Source: Camelus ferus (taxonomy: Eukaryota). Taken from it: a stretch of DNA of 64,000 nucleotides. A program made the position numbers and the translations under genes. The stretch is taken from NCBI RefSeq assembly GCF_009834535.1, contig NC_045696.1, forward strand, positions 103,294,001 through 103,358,000, read 5' to 3'. The notes under the pieces were generated by a model. It searched no databases, had not been told where the DNA came from, and saw only the letters and a program-made list of their open reading frames with translations. Below are positions 13,373 to 26,769 of the stretch, in pieces (position 1 is the first letter of the stretch; every line of letters begins with the position of its first letter).

Positions 13373-13543
13373 GGGGGGAGTGGTATAACTCAGTGGTAGA
13401 GTGTATGCTTAGCATGTATGAGTTCCTGAGTTCAGTCCCCAGTACGTCCATTAAATCAACCAATCAATCAATCAACGATCTAATTACCTCCCCCATAAAT
13501 AAATAAATAAAATAAAATAAAATAAAATAAAATAAAATAAAAA
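13373..13543 (+). mobile_element. tRNA-derived SINE (Vic-1-like)
   Basis: ggggggagtggtataactcagtggtagagtgtatgcttagcatg…gagttcagtccccagtac, followed by (AATC)n and (AAATA)n tail. Confidence 0.88.
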
Positions 13544-14009
13544 ATTACCTTCCCTTCACAAAATTTTTTTGAATGGTATGTTTGGGGTTGGCTTCCAAAT
13601 AATCCACTGGGGGAAAGAAGAGTAAAGTGAATGGAATTGTAGAGAAAACAGAATGATCTATGAGTTGGTTGATTGTTTAAGCTGGGCAATAGCTATATTG
13701 GGTTTCATTATTCTTTTCTCTCTTCCTTTGTGTATGTTTGAATTTTTCCATTGTACATATGCAAAGGTGGAAACAAAATGTTTTCTATTACAATACAGAT
13801 GGCTATGAGAGAAACATCAGCTTCCTCAAAGGCTTATGTCTAAGGTAGGCTGTATACTCTGGAGAAGAGGCTAGAGAAATCTGTTTTTCAATATAAAAAT
13901 GCCTAGCTTAGTAATAGTAATGGTCTGTAGAAGTATACTAAGAATTTAAACATTTTTATGAAGTAGTGAAAAAGATACTTGAAGTCATGATGCGTCTCAT
14001 TTTTCCCCC

Positions 14010-15680
14010 AATTTTTTAATTGTGATAAAATGCACGTAACATAAAATTTACTACATCAACCATTTTTAAGTGTATAATTCAATGGTACTAAGTACATTCA
14101 TATTGTGCAACCAATCACCACCATCCATATTCAGAACTCTTTTCATCTTGCAAAACTGCAATTCTGTACCCATTAACAATGACTCCCCATTTCCTCCTCC
14201 TCCAAGCCTCTGCAACCACCATTATTCTACTTTCTGTGTCTATGATTTTGACTACTCCACATAACTCATGTAAGTAGCATCATACAGTATGTGTCTTTTT
14301 GTGACTGGCTTATTTTGCTTTGTGTGATGTCCTCAAGGTTCATCTGTGCTGAAGCATGTGTCAGAATTTCCTTCCTTTTAATGGCTGAATAATATTCCAT
14401 TTTAAGTTTGTACCACATTTTGGTTATCCATTCTTTCAGATGGACACATGGGTTACTTTGATATTTTAGCTATTGGGAATAATGTTGCTGTGAACATGGG
14501 AATATAAATATCTTTTCAAGACACTGCTTTTATTTCTTTTGGATATATTCCTAGAAGTGGAATTGCTGGGTCATATGTTAACTCTGTTTTTAATTTTTTG
14601 AGGAATTGCCATGTAGATTTCCACAGTGGCTGTACTATTTTCCATTCCCACCAACAGTGCACAAGTTTTCCAGTTTCTTCACATCTTTGCCAACACTTAT
14701 TCATTTTTATTATATTCATCCTTATAATTGTGAAGTAGTATCTCATTGTGGTTTTGATTTGCATTTCTCTTAATGACCAGGAAGTTGAGCATATTTTCAT
14801 GTACTTATTGGTCGTTTGTATATCTTCTTTGAAGAAATGTCTCTATCCAACTCTCTTGCTCATTTTTGAATTGGATCATTTGTTTTTGTTCTGGAGTTTT
14901 AGGAATTTTTTTTATGTGTTCTGAATATTAATTCCTTATGAGAGAAATGACTTGCATACATTTTCTCCTATTCAGTAGGTTGTCTTTTCACTGTCTTGAT
15001 AGTATACTTTGATGTGCAAAAGTTCTTTGTTTTGGTAAAGTCCACTTAATCTATTTTTCTTTTTATTGCCTGTGCTTTTGGTGTCATATCCATTAAATGA
15101 TCACCAAATCCTGAGTCATGAAGATTTCCCCCAGTGTTTTCTTCTAAGAATTTTGTAGTTTTAGCTCTTAAGTTTAGGTTTTTGATCCATTTTGAGTCAA
15201 TTTTTGTGTATGATATAAAGTCAGGGTCAAACTAACATTTGGATGTCCAGTTTTCCCAGCACCAATTGTTGAAAAGACTGTCCTTTGACTATTGAATGGT
15301 CTTAGCACCCTTTTCAAGGATCAGTTGGCCATATATGTGAGGGTTTATTTCTGGGCTTTTTATTCTATTTGGTTGGTCTGTATGTCTGCCTGTATGTCAG
15401 TACCATACTTAATAACTAGTTATTACTGTAATTTTGTAGTAAGCTTCAAAGTGCGAATCCTCCAACATTATTCTTCTTTTTCAAGATTGTTTGGGCTGTT
15501 GAGGCTCTCGCAATTCCACATGAATTTGAGGATCACATTTTCCATTTCTGTGAAAAAAGCTGTTATATTTTTGATAAAGATTGCGTTGAATTTCTGGATC
15601 ACTTTGGTTTTATTGACAGCTCAACAATACTATGTCTTCCTATTTATGAACATATTCCATTTACTGAAATCTTCTTTCAT
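14010..15680 (-). mobile_element. L1 3' end and ORF2 C-terminus (L1MB/L1MA-like)
   Basis: The ORF at 14516-14800(-) reads [12 protein letters not shown]…HCWWEWKIVQPLWK…YDPAIPLLGIYPKE, the L1 ORF2 C-terminus. The 3'UTR begins taacataaaatttac. Confidence 0.9.
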
Positions 15681-16074
15681 TTTACCATTTCTTTTTGAAG
15701 TAATGAAAATGTTCTGGAAATAGTGGTTATGGTTATACAACTTTTTGTATATACTGGAGACCCCTGAATTGCACACCTTTTAGGTGAATTTGAGGGTATG
15801 TGAATTATACCTTGATTAAAAAAAATAAACCAACAGAACACTTTCTTTACCTTGATCTCTCCTTCCAGCTCTGATTTGTTCTCCCCATCATTATCAGACT
15901 TCTTGGAAGAAGCTATGTGCTTGGAGTCCCATTCTCGGCTTTCATTCACTCCTCTGCCCGATGTAATCTGGCTTGTTACTCCTTAATCCATTGAAACTGC
16001 TCTTGGTTGTGTCTTTTAAAAATTTTTCCTGTTTGTCAGCTTTTGACAGTTAATGTGCCCCCTCCCATGTAAAA

Positions 16075-17075
16075 AATAACCTTTTAAGTTTTGAACAGTT
16101 TAGGTTTACAGAGAAATTACAAAAATAGTAACAGTTTTCACAAACTCCTTACTCAGTTCCCCTACTATTAACATCCTGCATTAGTCTAGTGCAGTTTTTA
16201 CAACTAATGAGCCAATGCTGATACATTATAATAAACAGAAGTCCATACTTTATTCAGGTTTCCTTAGTTTTTAGCTCATGTCTATTTTCTGTTCCAGGAG
16301 AGCTTTGAGGTTACCATGTTTCATCTCATGTTGACGCATCCTTAGCCTCCTTGGGCTTTGACAGTGTCTCAGACTTCCCATGTTTTTGATAATTTGACAG
16401 TTTTGACGTGTACTGCTTGGGTATTTTTGCAGAATGTCCCTCAACTGGGATTTTTCTGATTTTTTTTTTTGTCATACGTAGATTGGGATTATAGGTTTTT
16501 GAGAGAAAGACTGCAGAGATAAAGTGCCTTTGTCATCACAGCGTATCAAGAAGGCATGCCACCAGCATGACTTATCACTGTTGATGTGAACCTTGGTCAC
16601 TTGGCTGAGGGAGTGTTTGTCATGTTGTAAACTGACTCTCCCCTTTCCGCCTTTCCCATACCATCGTCTGGAAGGAAGTCATTATGTGGAGCCCACGCTT
16701 GAGTGGAGAGTTTACTCCACTTGTTTGAGGTGTGAGTATATACATAATTTCTTTGGAATTCTTCCACGTTAGATTTGTCTCTTCTCCCCTGTTTATTTAG
16801 TTAGTTAGTTAATTCTTTATTTATAGCAGTATGGACTCATGGATATTTAGTTTATACTCTGGGTCATAGTCCAATACTACTTTTTGTGTGTGTGTGTGTG
16901 TGTTAGAGCTGTGGCCATTGGGAGCTTTCAGTTGGTTTTCTGTATCCCTTTGACATATTTCCTGCCCACTCCTCAGATCAGCCATTTTCCCAAAGGGTCC
17001 TGATTCTTTTTTAATAAAGGATGTTATTAGAAATCAAGATAATGCTAGCTGAGCTCATTGTTACGGGGGTAGTGT
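16075..17075 (-). mobile_element. L1MC-like 3' end
   Basis: taggtttacagagaaattacaaaaatagta…gtggccattgggagctttcagttgg…gccattttcccaaagggtcctg. Confidence 0.75.
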
Positions 17076-17131
17076 CTTTTGAATCACTGTATTCCTTTGT
17101 GTCCATGATACCACACTTTTTAAGTCTTTGT

Positions 17132-17575
17132 AGAAAGCAGTACAGTGTAGCAGTTAAGAACGAGGACTCTGGGGGCCGGGGCATCGTGGTAGAGCGCATG
17201 CTCATTATTAGCATGCAGGAGGTTCTAGGTTCAATCCCCAGTACTTCCATTTAAATAAATAAATAAACAAACAAGTTAATAATTAAATGAACCTAATCCC
17301 CCCCCCCCCCACAAAAAAACAACCAAACAAACAACAACAAAAAGAACGAGGGCTCTGGAGGTCTAGGGTATAATCTTGGTCATACTTCTTACACCCAACC
17401 AAGTGTGTAAACCTGAACAAGCTGATCCCTCTATGCCGAAGTGTCCACATCTGTGATGATGCAGATAATAATGGTAAGTTGCTCATAGGGTGTGTAAGGA
17501 TTAAATGAGGTAATGCACACAAATCACTTAGTACAACAGCTGCCACGTACCACCGCATGCTAAGCATTCATTAAG
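17132..17575 (+). mobile_element. MIR SINE split by a Vic-1-like SINE
   Basis: gcagtacagtgtagcagttaagaac…[SINE]…catctgtgatgatgcagataataat…aggattaaatgaggtaatgcac. Confidence 0.75.
17171..17341 (+). mobile_element. tRNA-derived SINE (Vic-1-like) inserted in a MIR
   Basis: gtggtagagcgcatg…ggttcaatccccagtac and A-rich tail. TSD AAGAACGAGG(A/G)CTCT at 17156-17170 and 17342-17356. Confidence 0.88.
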
Positions 17576-17599
17576 TACTTACTCCTTTTCCTCTAAGTT

Positions 17600-18870
17600 A
17601 GTATTTTTGGCTGTTCCGTTTCCATCTACTCTCCTAGCTCTTCTTCTGTTTGTCTTCTAAATATTAGTGTTCCATGGAGTTTTGTCTTAGGTCTCTTTTT
17701 CTTACCTTGCACATTTTCCCCAGGCAGTTTCATCTCTTCTCATCCCCCAAGTTATCATTTACTTTGTATGTGGTTGATTCTCAACTCTGTGTCTCTGGCC
17801 TGAACCTTCATCTTGAGTTTTTGTATATTGTGTATATATTCAGTGTTATGTTGAGTTTTTGTATACGTCTTGAGTTTTGTGTATTTGAAGGTGCTTATTG
17901 GACACTTTGATTTGAATAACCTATATGCATCTCAGTCTTAATCTGTCCATAATTAAAGTGATTATTTCGTCCTCTCAAAACCTACTTTCCCCCTCTTTTT
18001 ATCTTACTGAATGGTAGTACTGTAGACCCTTTGCCCAAACCAAAAACAAAAGCATCATCTTCGGCTCCTTCTTTTTTTCTCTCTACTCTCAATCAAATCA
18101 CTTACAAGACTTGTTGATTCTACCTGAACCTCTCAGCCCTCGCCACCCTTTTCTCTATTCCGTTGCTATTCTCTTAGTTCAGACTACTGTGAACTGTTTC
18201 TTGGGTCACTGCAGCTATTTTATTTACTTTTAGATTTTATTTCTTTCTGTTTCATTCACTGTATTATAGCTACATATTTTTTTCTCAAGCACAAATCTGA
18301 ACAAGTCTTTCCATGTTAAGAAAAGACACTTTTTGTTCCTTACTGCCCTCAAGGTAAAGTCCAAGCTCCAACTTAAAAGATCCTTTATGACATGTTCTTG
18401 CTTTCATCTTCAGCCTTTTATCTCAGACAGTTATGCTTCTGCCACATTGAACTATATTCTGTCTGTCTCCCTCTCACCTACCTTCACCTCTTCCTTTCCT
18501 CTTACTCTCCCCCTTTCTTTCTCTCTCTCTCCCTCCGCCTTTTTTAAGGCACTTCTCTGTGCCTGTAATGTTCCTCTCTGACACTGTGCTCCATTCACTC
18601 CTGATGTGTGTACATTTCACCTGGCTAATTTCTGTTCATTCCTAGCATCTAAGTTTAGGTCTATTTCCACTTGGCCCGTAGGCCTCTGATACTCTCTTCT
18701 TGTCCCTATTGTGGTATTTATCACTCTGGACTTCACTGATTTACTTATGGACCCCACCTGACTCTATGGAGTCAGAGACTTTTCATCTTATTCATCATTG
18801 TATCTCTAAGAAGGATGTTTCAAAGTATCTATCTCATAATATATGCCCTCAACTAGGAACTTTGTTGAAA
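17600..18870 (+). mobile_element. L2 LINE fragment
   Basis: Pyrimidine-rich sense L2 motifs (tcttaatctgtccataatt, cacaaatctgaaca, tgccctcaaggtaaagtccaagctcc) ending near ttgttgaaagaatg. Confidence 0.7.
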
Positions 18871-20244
18871 GAATGTATGTCTTTTCTTCAGTCTGTAATT
18901 CTCTTGGCCACTGGTCACATTCCTTTTATTCTTTAAAATCTAGCTGACCGTGAATTCCTCTGCTTTCCTCCTTGTTACTGTGTCTCCCTTGTGTTAACCT
19001 TTGGGCCCTGTACGTACTTTATTATTGTCCTTATCACATTATATCGTATTTCTTTATACTATCGTCCTTTTCTTTTACCAAACTATTTGCTCCTCAAGGG
19101 TAGGGTCTTTTTTGTATTTTTGTCGTCACAGTCTAGCTTAGTGTCTAGTACAGTTATACATGCTCAGTGAATATTGAAGTGCAAAAGCTTGTTTTGCCAT
19201 AATGTTCCTAGGCTTTTAATGAAAATGTTTATTTATCTAACTTTTGAGAAGTGTATAAAAAGAGGGAACTTATCTTCAATACTTTTTGAAACAAAGCATT
19301 AAGGTATTCAGTGAGGAAGGTTTCTGAGCTTTTTGTCTTAAGGCATATATCTAAGAGTTGGAGGTTTAAAAGTTACATAGTTAATTAAAATAAGAACAAG
19401 CCTGAAGATAATTATATTCACTCATAACCAGGGGAGTAGGAGAGGATTTAAAAGCAGCCGAGTATGTGAGTATATTCCTGATAAATCACATAATTATGTA
19501 TTATTTTTTAAAAATTAAAAGAAAAAAATACTGTAACTCAGGGCTTCATTATCCTATGGTGTTGAAAGCCCAGCACAACCTTTGTTGAAGATCAGAGATT
19601 CCTCAGTTATCTGAGAGGCACATGCTGTTGGGTGGACTGTACCTTTGGATGGTTCTGGCCTGTGAAAGAGGCCATATTTGCCTGTGAGCCATATGCAGTC
19701 CTCTGGGAAGCGGCCGGCTCAGCGGCTGCTGTGGCTGAATTGTTCGTGGCCCCGCAGGTAGATGAAAGCTGTCGCGTATCCTCCTCTTGTTCCTTTATGT
19801 CCTAAGCACAGCAGTTCCACTTTGCCAGCTCATTCATTGCTTGCACATCAGATTTAAAATATGCATATCTTATACTGATTTCCAGTTCTACACCATCCAA
19901 GAGATTACAGTAGCCTACAGCTGTTACAATGACAGCCTATTAAAAGGAATGCAGCAACTCCAAAGAGGGAATATCACTGAATTCCTCCTGTGGAGGCAGA
20001 ATGAATGGAAAAGGCAAGAGAAAGCATGATGTGAAGAAAGAGGAATGGAAATTCTCAAGAGGATACAGTTGCAATACAGAGACAGTTGTTTTGGAACTAA
20101 AACTGTATTCAGTATTCTTAAATCTAAGAAAGATTGAAAATTTAAAATGGCCAAAGATGTACCGTGAGCAAAACAATATTGATACCAAATAAGATGTACT
20201 AACAGCCACAAGCTATTAAAGGGACAAAGAGGAATATTGCGCAT

Positions 20245-20685
20245 ATATATTTTTTATTGAAGTATAGTCAGTTTACAATGTTGTGTTAATTTCTGGTGTG
20301 CAGCATAATGTTTCAGCCATACATGAACATACATGTATTTGTTTTTATATAACTTTTTCACCAGAAGTTACTACAAGATATTGAATATAGTTCCCTGTGC
20401 TATATACAGTATGAACTTGTTTATCTATTATATGTATATTAGTATCTGCAAATCTCAAACTCCCAGTTTATCCCTCCCCTCTCCCCCATAACCATTAGTT
20501 TGTTTTCTATGTCTGTGAGCCTGTTTCTGCTTTGCAAATAAGTTCGTTTGTCCTTTTTTCTGTTTTTAAGATTCCACATATACGTGATATCATATGGTAT
20601 TTTGCTTTCTCTTTCTGGCTTACTTCACTTAGAATGATGATCTCCAGGTCCATCCATGTTGCTGCAAATGACATTATTCTTTTTT
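20245..20685 (-). mobile_element. L1 3'UTR (artiodactyl/camelid-type)
   Basis: ttattgaagtatagtcagtttacaatg…cttcacttagaatgatgatctccaggtccatccatgttgctgcaaatg. Confidence 0.85.
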
Positions 20686-21339
20686 GGGGTACAATTTATG
20701 AATAAATGGTTCACATAAACATATTAATGGTTCTCATACAGATGAAGAGGCACACTCTACCTCATTCGTAAAACATATGTAATTTAACATTATACTAAGT
20801 ACCATTATTCACTCTGTAAGATCGGTGAGTATTAAGAAGTTTGATAAAACACTGTTGTTGAGGGTGTAGGATAACACGTGCTTTCTTGTACTGCTGATGG
20901 GTCCTTTATGGGGAGCAATTTCACAATATTTATTAATTTAACATTCACATTTCCCATGATTGAGCAGTCCCAATTTTAGGAATATATAATCTACTGATAT
21001 GCTTGTAAATTTGGGAAATAAAGCTTAATCTTTGCAGTATTGTGTGTAATAGCAAAATATTGGCAACAGCAAATATCCATCAGTGAGATCTGGTTAAATG
21101 AATTGTGTGCAATACACATAATGGCATACTATGCACATGTAAAATTGGACGTGAGAAACCTATGTACGAATATGGAGTGATCTATAAAGACACATTATTA
21201 AGTTAACAAAAGAAAAGTGGAGAACAGTGTCTTGAATATATAACCATTTGTTTAAAAAGAAGTGACATATAAGTACACGTATGTTTCTTGTAAGGATGTA
21301 TAAAGACTTGACATTCCTTATCTGGTAGTAGAGAAACAG

Positions 21340-22830
21340 TATCTTTCACAGAAAAGTTTTAATTTTAATGAAGTCCAACATTAAAGTCCAGTATTTGTCT
21401 TTCATGAATCAGGCTTTTTGGTTTTATACTCTAAAAGGTCATAACTACACTGAAGGTCAGCTAGAGTCTCTCCTGTTTTCCTTTTAGGGGTTTTAAAGTT
21501 TACATTTAGGTCTGTGATCCATTTTGAGTTAATTTTGTGACAGATGTAAGATCTGTGTCTAAAGTCTTTTTTTTTTTTTCTTTTTTGCAAGTTCCAGCCT
21601 CATTGGTTAAAGGGGCTAACTCTTCTCCATTGAATTGCCTTTGCTCCTTTGTCAAAGTTGAGTTGAATGTATTTGTGTATAGGTCTGTTTCTGGGCTCTC
21701 TGTTTTATTCCATTGATCTATTTTCTTATTCTTTTGCTGATATCACACTGTCTTGATTACTGTGGGTTTACAATAAATTTTGAGGTTGGGTGGCGTTAGT
21801 CCTTCCACTTTTCTTCTTTAATACTGTGTTGGCCATTCTGCATCTTTTGCCTTTTCATATGAATTTTAGAATCAGTTTGTTGATATCCACAGAATAACTT
21901 ACTGGGATTTGGATTGAGATTGCATTGAATCTGTACATCAAGTTGGGAATAACTGACATCTTAACAGTATTGATTCTTCCTATTCATGAACATGGGCTGT
22001 CTCTCCATTAATTAGATCTCTGATTTCTTTCATCACAATTGGGTGGTTTTCCACATATAGATCTTATACATATTTATTGGATATATTTTTTGGTGCTAAT
22101 ATAAATGGCCTTGTGTTTTTGTTTTCAAACTCCAGTTATTCCCTGCTGGTATATAAGAAAACAGTTGACTTTTATATATTAACGTTGTATCTTGCAACCT
22201 TGCTATAATCATGTATTAGATCCAGGAGTTTTTTGGTTTTGTTTTTGTCTTTGGTAAATGGTATTTTTAATTTCAATTTCCAGTTGTCTTTGCTAGTATG
22301 TAGACACACAGTTGGTTTTTATATTTTTCTACCTTGTGAAAACTTTATTTCTAGTAATTTTTTTTATAGATTTTTAAAGGATTTTCCACATATATCATAT
22401 CATATATGAATAAAGGCAGTTTAACTTTTTCTTTCCAATTTGTATTTCTTTTTCTTTCCTAATGTCACTGATTAGGACTTCCAGTTCAAGGTTGAATAGA
22501 AATAGTGAGAACAGAAATCCTTGCCTTGGTCCTGATCTTAGGAGGAAAGCATTAAGTCTTTTATTATTAGGTATGATGTTAGCTGTAGAGTTTTCATAGC
22601 CACCCTCCATCTAGTTGGGTAAATTTCCCTCTAAGTTTCCTGAGTGTTTTGATAATGAATGGTTGTTGGATTTTGTTAAACTCTTTTTTTTTTTTTTTTT
22701 TTTGCACCTATTGCAGTGATTATATGGTGGGGTATTTTTAACCCATGAATATGGTAAATTACATTGATTTTTGCATGTCACAAAAACTTTGAATTCCCTG
22801 GATGAACACCACTTAATTATGAGAGAAGCT
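21340..22830 (-). mobile_element. L1 ORF2 fragment
   Basis: The ORF at 22395-22610(-) has ANIIPNNKRLNAFLLRSGPRQG…LFNLELEVL, a degenerate L1 RT motif. The ORF at 21402-21590(-) has KINSKWITDLNV. Confidence 0.85.
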
Positions 22831-25749
22831 TGTGAATTCTCCATTTGGAGAGTATTGTTGATTAGAGCCTGTTTTGTGTTATTTTTAATCCTTTATAATC
22901 TAGAGATGATTCTGGGGTCCCTGAGTAACAGCAGGGACCCAGTCAAGATTAGAGTACATACATTTATAGTGAAACCAATTGTTCAGGTTTTGTAACTTTT
23001 TTTTTTAAAAGAGCTTCAGAGCGTGGAAACAGGAATAAAGGAAAAGCCTTTTGTGTGCAAGGCAGTAGGAACAGAAAGAAGTCAAAGTTTTCCCAAAAGT
23101 GTTGCTGGAATGGCTCCTTATAGGGACCATATGAATGTATGTCTGCCAAGAAGAGAATGTGAAAACTTCACTTTCTTGATGAGAAAAAGTTTAAAAGGAG
23201 CTGGAAAGGTGAAAGGGTAGGGAATTAGTGTTACAGATAATTTCAGTGCTCAAAATCTTAAAAAATAGAGTAGCTTGTGTATTTTGGAGTTATATGTTTA
23301 ATTAATTCTTTTTTATTTTAATTCACAAATTCACAAAGCATCTAGTAAGCTTTTGTTTTATTTTATATTACTTTGATCAGAAGGTATATGTGACATTTGG
23401 TTGTTATTTCTATTACAGTTCTTTGGCAGGCTTCTAAATCTGAGGTCATGTTAGGGTAAGCTTGGCCTCTCTTACTGTGTGAGGCTTAGTGAGAGATTGT
23501 GTTTTAATAAACACAGTGAGTGGTTCTGGCTTTGCCTTTTGAATCTAGGTTTGGTTTCAGGATATTTTAAAATATCTTAATGATCTGAAAATAGACGACT
23601 AACCCATCCTACAAGTAGTTTTAGTGCCCTGTTCAGTTCAGCAGCTTGCTTTTCCTGTAGGACCTGTGCCATCTGATCTTCTCACTTGTATTTTCCTATG
23701 TTCATCTACCATATAAGTTTTATTTAAGTAAAAGTGTTTAGTTTATCATATTACATAATTAAGTACTAAACTTAAATAAAAATTATCTTTCTGAAATAAA
23801 ATTTGAGTTCCCGATTCAAAAAAAATAAAGGAAAAAATGAAAGTGCTTTAGATTAGACTGTAGTTACTGCATCTTTTATCTTCCTGTGAACTGCTTTCAC
23901 AGTGGATATTGTGGTCAGGGAGAATTACGTAACTTTGCTCTGTGTTTTGATTGCACTCTGTGGATTTATAAATAGTTTTGATAACACAGTATGTTATACC
24001 TGAGCCCCAGTAAATTTACATGGCTTTTTTCACTTTAAAGTTTTATTCTCTATTCTGATAGTTCATATAGATTGCTTTATTATAGAGTATCACATGATGA
24101 TACCTATTTTTTATAGTTCTTGAAATAGCCATTTACTGTTTCTAAAGACAGGATGATAAATGGATATTATGATTTTTGGAGGAAAAGATTTTTGCAATCT
24201 TGTTTCTGTAGTATTTCAAAATTCACTTTCAGTGAATCAGCTTGTAACTCAGTTGGCAGAGTAGAATATTGTTGATATTAAAATATCTTTCTTTATATGA
24301 TTCCTTGTTTGCTTAGTAGTTGGAAAAATGGAGTTGATCTAATTACCTGTTTTTATTTCCTCTTCCTCTATGGCCCATTGTCTTCTAGAAGAAAACTTCC
24401 ACACCTCGAACTTAGCCAGCAGTCTTGCTTACTGTTGGTTAACAACTGTTGATACTGGTTAATTTCAAACCCACAACACTAAGGGAAGAGGGTAATTTTG
24501 ATAGCCAATTGGAATTTAGTTCTAAAATCAGCCTCTTAAATGTTTTCTTTTATGAATTTCCTCATTTGAAATTCGTCTCATCTATGACCAACTTAAAATT
24601 TGCATGAGTTGCCAAATTAAAAACAAAAATATAAAAAATCATACCATAAAGCTGTTTAACAGCTTTGTTGCCAACACAATGTTTTTAAAATTAAATCTAG
24701 CAATTTAAATCATACATGTTTATCTTTTAGGAGAGATTAAATTGCCTTTTATGAAATTTAATCTGGTTTCTCCTCTTCTTTATAAATTACATAGTAAAAA
24801 AAATAAGGTAGCCAGAATATTTTTTAAAGGTGTATATGTCTTTAAAAAGTACTAAATAGGAAAATTATTAAAAGTTGCTAAAATTTTACTAACTATATCT
24901 GTTTCTTTAGGGTTTTTTATTCACTAATGCAAACACACTGTGTTTTGCTACATGTTGTAAAGTTTGATATATTTGAAATGGTTTTGGAACCATTGAAGCA
25001 CAGCTTCAGTTGTCAGCTTTGCTGTTTACTAGGTCTACGACTGGTAACATAGAAAATTTACTAAATCTCTCTTTGATTTTCACATTTGTGTTTTGGTGAT
25101 AGTAATACCAAGGGATTGTATTTTCTCATCTAACTCTCACATGTAAGGCTTTATACATAATACTTAGCATGTATGGGGTGCTCAATAAAATATTAATTCT
25201 CTTCTCCTTCACTTCCTTCACTGTTCTTTTGATATTTGAGCCTTTCTTTATCATGATATTAAATATGTAGAAAATGTCTGCAAGTTGCTGGTTAAATTAT
25301 TGAAGACCAGCCTGAATGCATTTAATTATAAGCCATATTTTGAAGTAAAAGGAAATTGCTACCTGGATTTACTGGTAATACAAATTACTTCTTTCATTTT
25401 CTGCCTGTGAAACTAATTAAGCCACAGTTTTTTGCACATCACAGAATAAGCTAGGAACTCTTCCGTCATCCCTTTCTTCAGTGACATCCTTTACATCCCC
25501 TGTAGTGAGTTCATTTGGGACCCATTAAAGTATGAAAAGCAGCATGACTGACTTTGCAGACATGTAAATCACAAATCTAAAGAGAGTGGAGCAAACATAA
25601 AACTACTTATCCAACAGGAAGGTCCTCAGTCTCCCAGATGAGCAAGATAGCAATTAGAATAATAGTGTCAAAAAATTATTTGTCTTTTTCCATTCCCTGA
25701 TTAATAAAGGTGACGTTAAGTATGCCTGGAGGTTTAGAATGCTTTAGTC

Positions 25750-25913
25750 CAGTAGTTCTTAAATTTTAGAATCACTTTGAGGGCATCTTATAAAGATAGC
25801 CTCCAGACTTCTGATTCAGTAGGTCTGAGGTGGGGTTTGAGAATTTGTATTTCTAACAAGTTGCTTGGTGAAGCTGAAATTGCTAGCCCTGGACCGGACT
25901 TTGAGAACTCCTG
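25750..25913. mobile_element. MER5A (hAT-Charlie MITE)
   Basis: cagtagttcttaaa…ttctgattcagtaggtctgaggtgggg…tttctaacaagt…ctttgagaactcctg, with degenerate TIRs. Confidence 0.8.
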
Positions 25914-26769
25914 TTCAAAGAGTATATAAAAGAAGTGGGGATTAAGCAAGAGGTAGCATCAGACTGATTTTTCTTGCCTAAAATTTTTCACTCAATTCGG
26001 AAAGCTTTTTTCTGTCAGTACCTTCTATGTGTCTAACACTGAATTACCATCAAGCTTTGCATGTCTTAGACTTTTAGACCAGGGATTTTTGTTTTACTGA
26101 GGGGCTCCACTGGCTAAGGAGCACTTTCTAAAAGAAAAGACCAGTGAAGAAAGCAGGAAGGGCTATCTATTTTGTTGCCCCCCCCCTTTTACTGCTGTTT
26201 TAAACTTGTGTCCTCTTGTTATAGTAATATTTTGTCTTTTGCTAATTTTATTGCAGAAACAGTGGCTCTTGTAATTCTACCTCTATGTATCTATCCCAAG
26301 AAAGTAAATTTTGAGTTTTAATTAATATAGACAAAGACAGATACTTATCAGCGCATTTTTTATAAATAGCAAAAAAAGTGGCTCACACAGAAGTATATCT
26401 CTAGGTCATTTTAAAGTAAACTTTGTATGTATGTATATGATAGCTAATTTTGTAGTCAGGTTTTGCTTATGAAGAGAAATATTTTAAAGATGGATAATGT
26501 TTGATATATACATAATTGTTTTATGTAGAGATATTTTGATGTCATTTAACCACCCACATGTAAGTAAAATTTTGTGTATTATATGTTCTTAACCATATGA
26601 AGTGTATAGAAAAATGAAGACATGTATCAAACTGCAGGCATCTTTCAGAAGATGAGATTATGATTGATTGGTACTATATATTCTTTTTTGCATTTTGTAA
26701 TGCATCCATAATGAGGTATTTACTTTTATAATGAAAATATTCATGTCATATATTTACATGCATATATAT

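Noticed and set aside
17171..17250. tRNA-like sequences (A box, B box GGTTCAATCCC) as real tRNA genes
   Set aside because: They are multiple diverged copies with A/T-rich tails and TSDs, which makes them tRNA-derived SINE heads. They lack an intact cloverleaf.
17811..17886. Three TTGAGTTTT(T)GT repeats with spacers (CRISPR-like spacing)
   Set aside because: This is mammalian DNA, the units are short and degenerate, the spacing is irregular, and they sit inside an L2. Local slippage duplication explains them.
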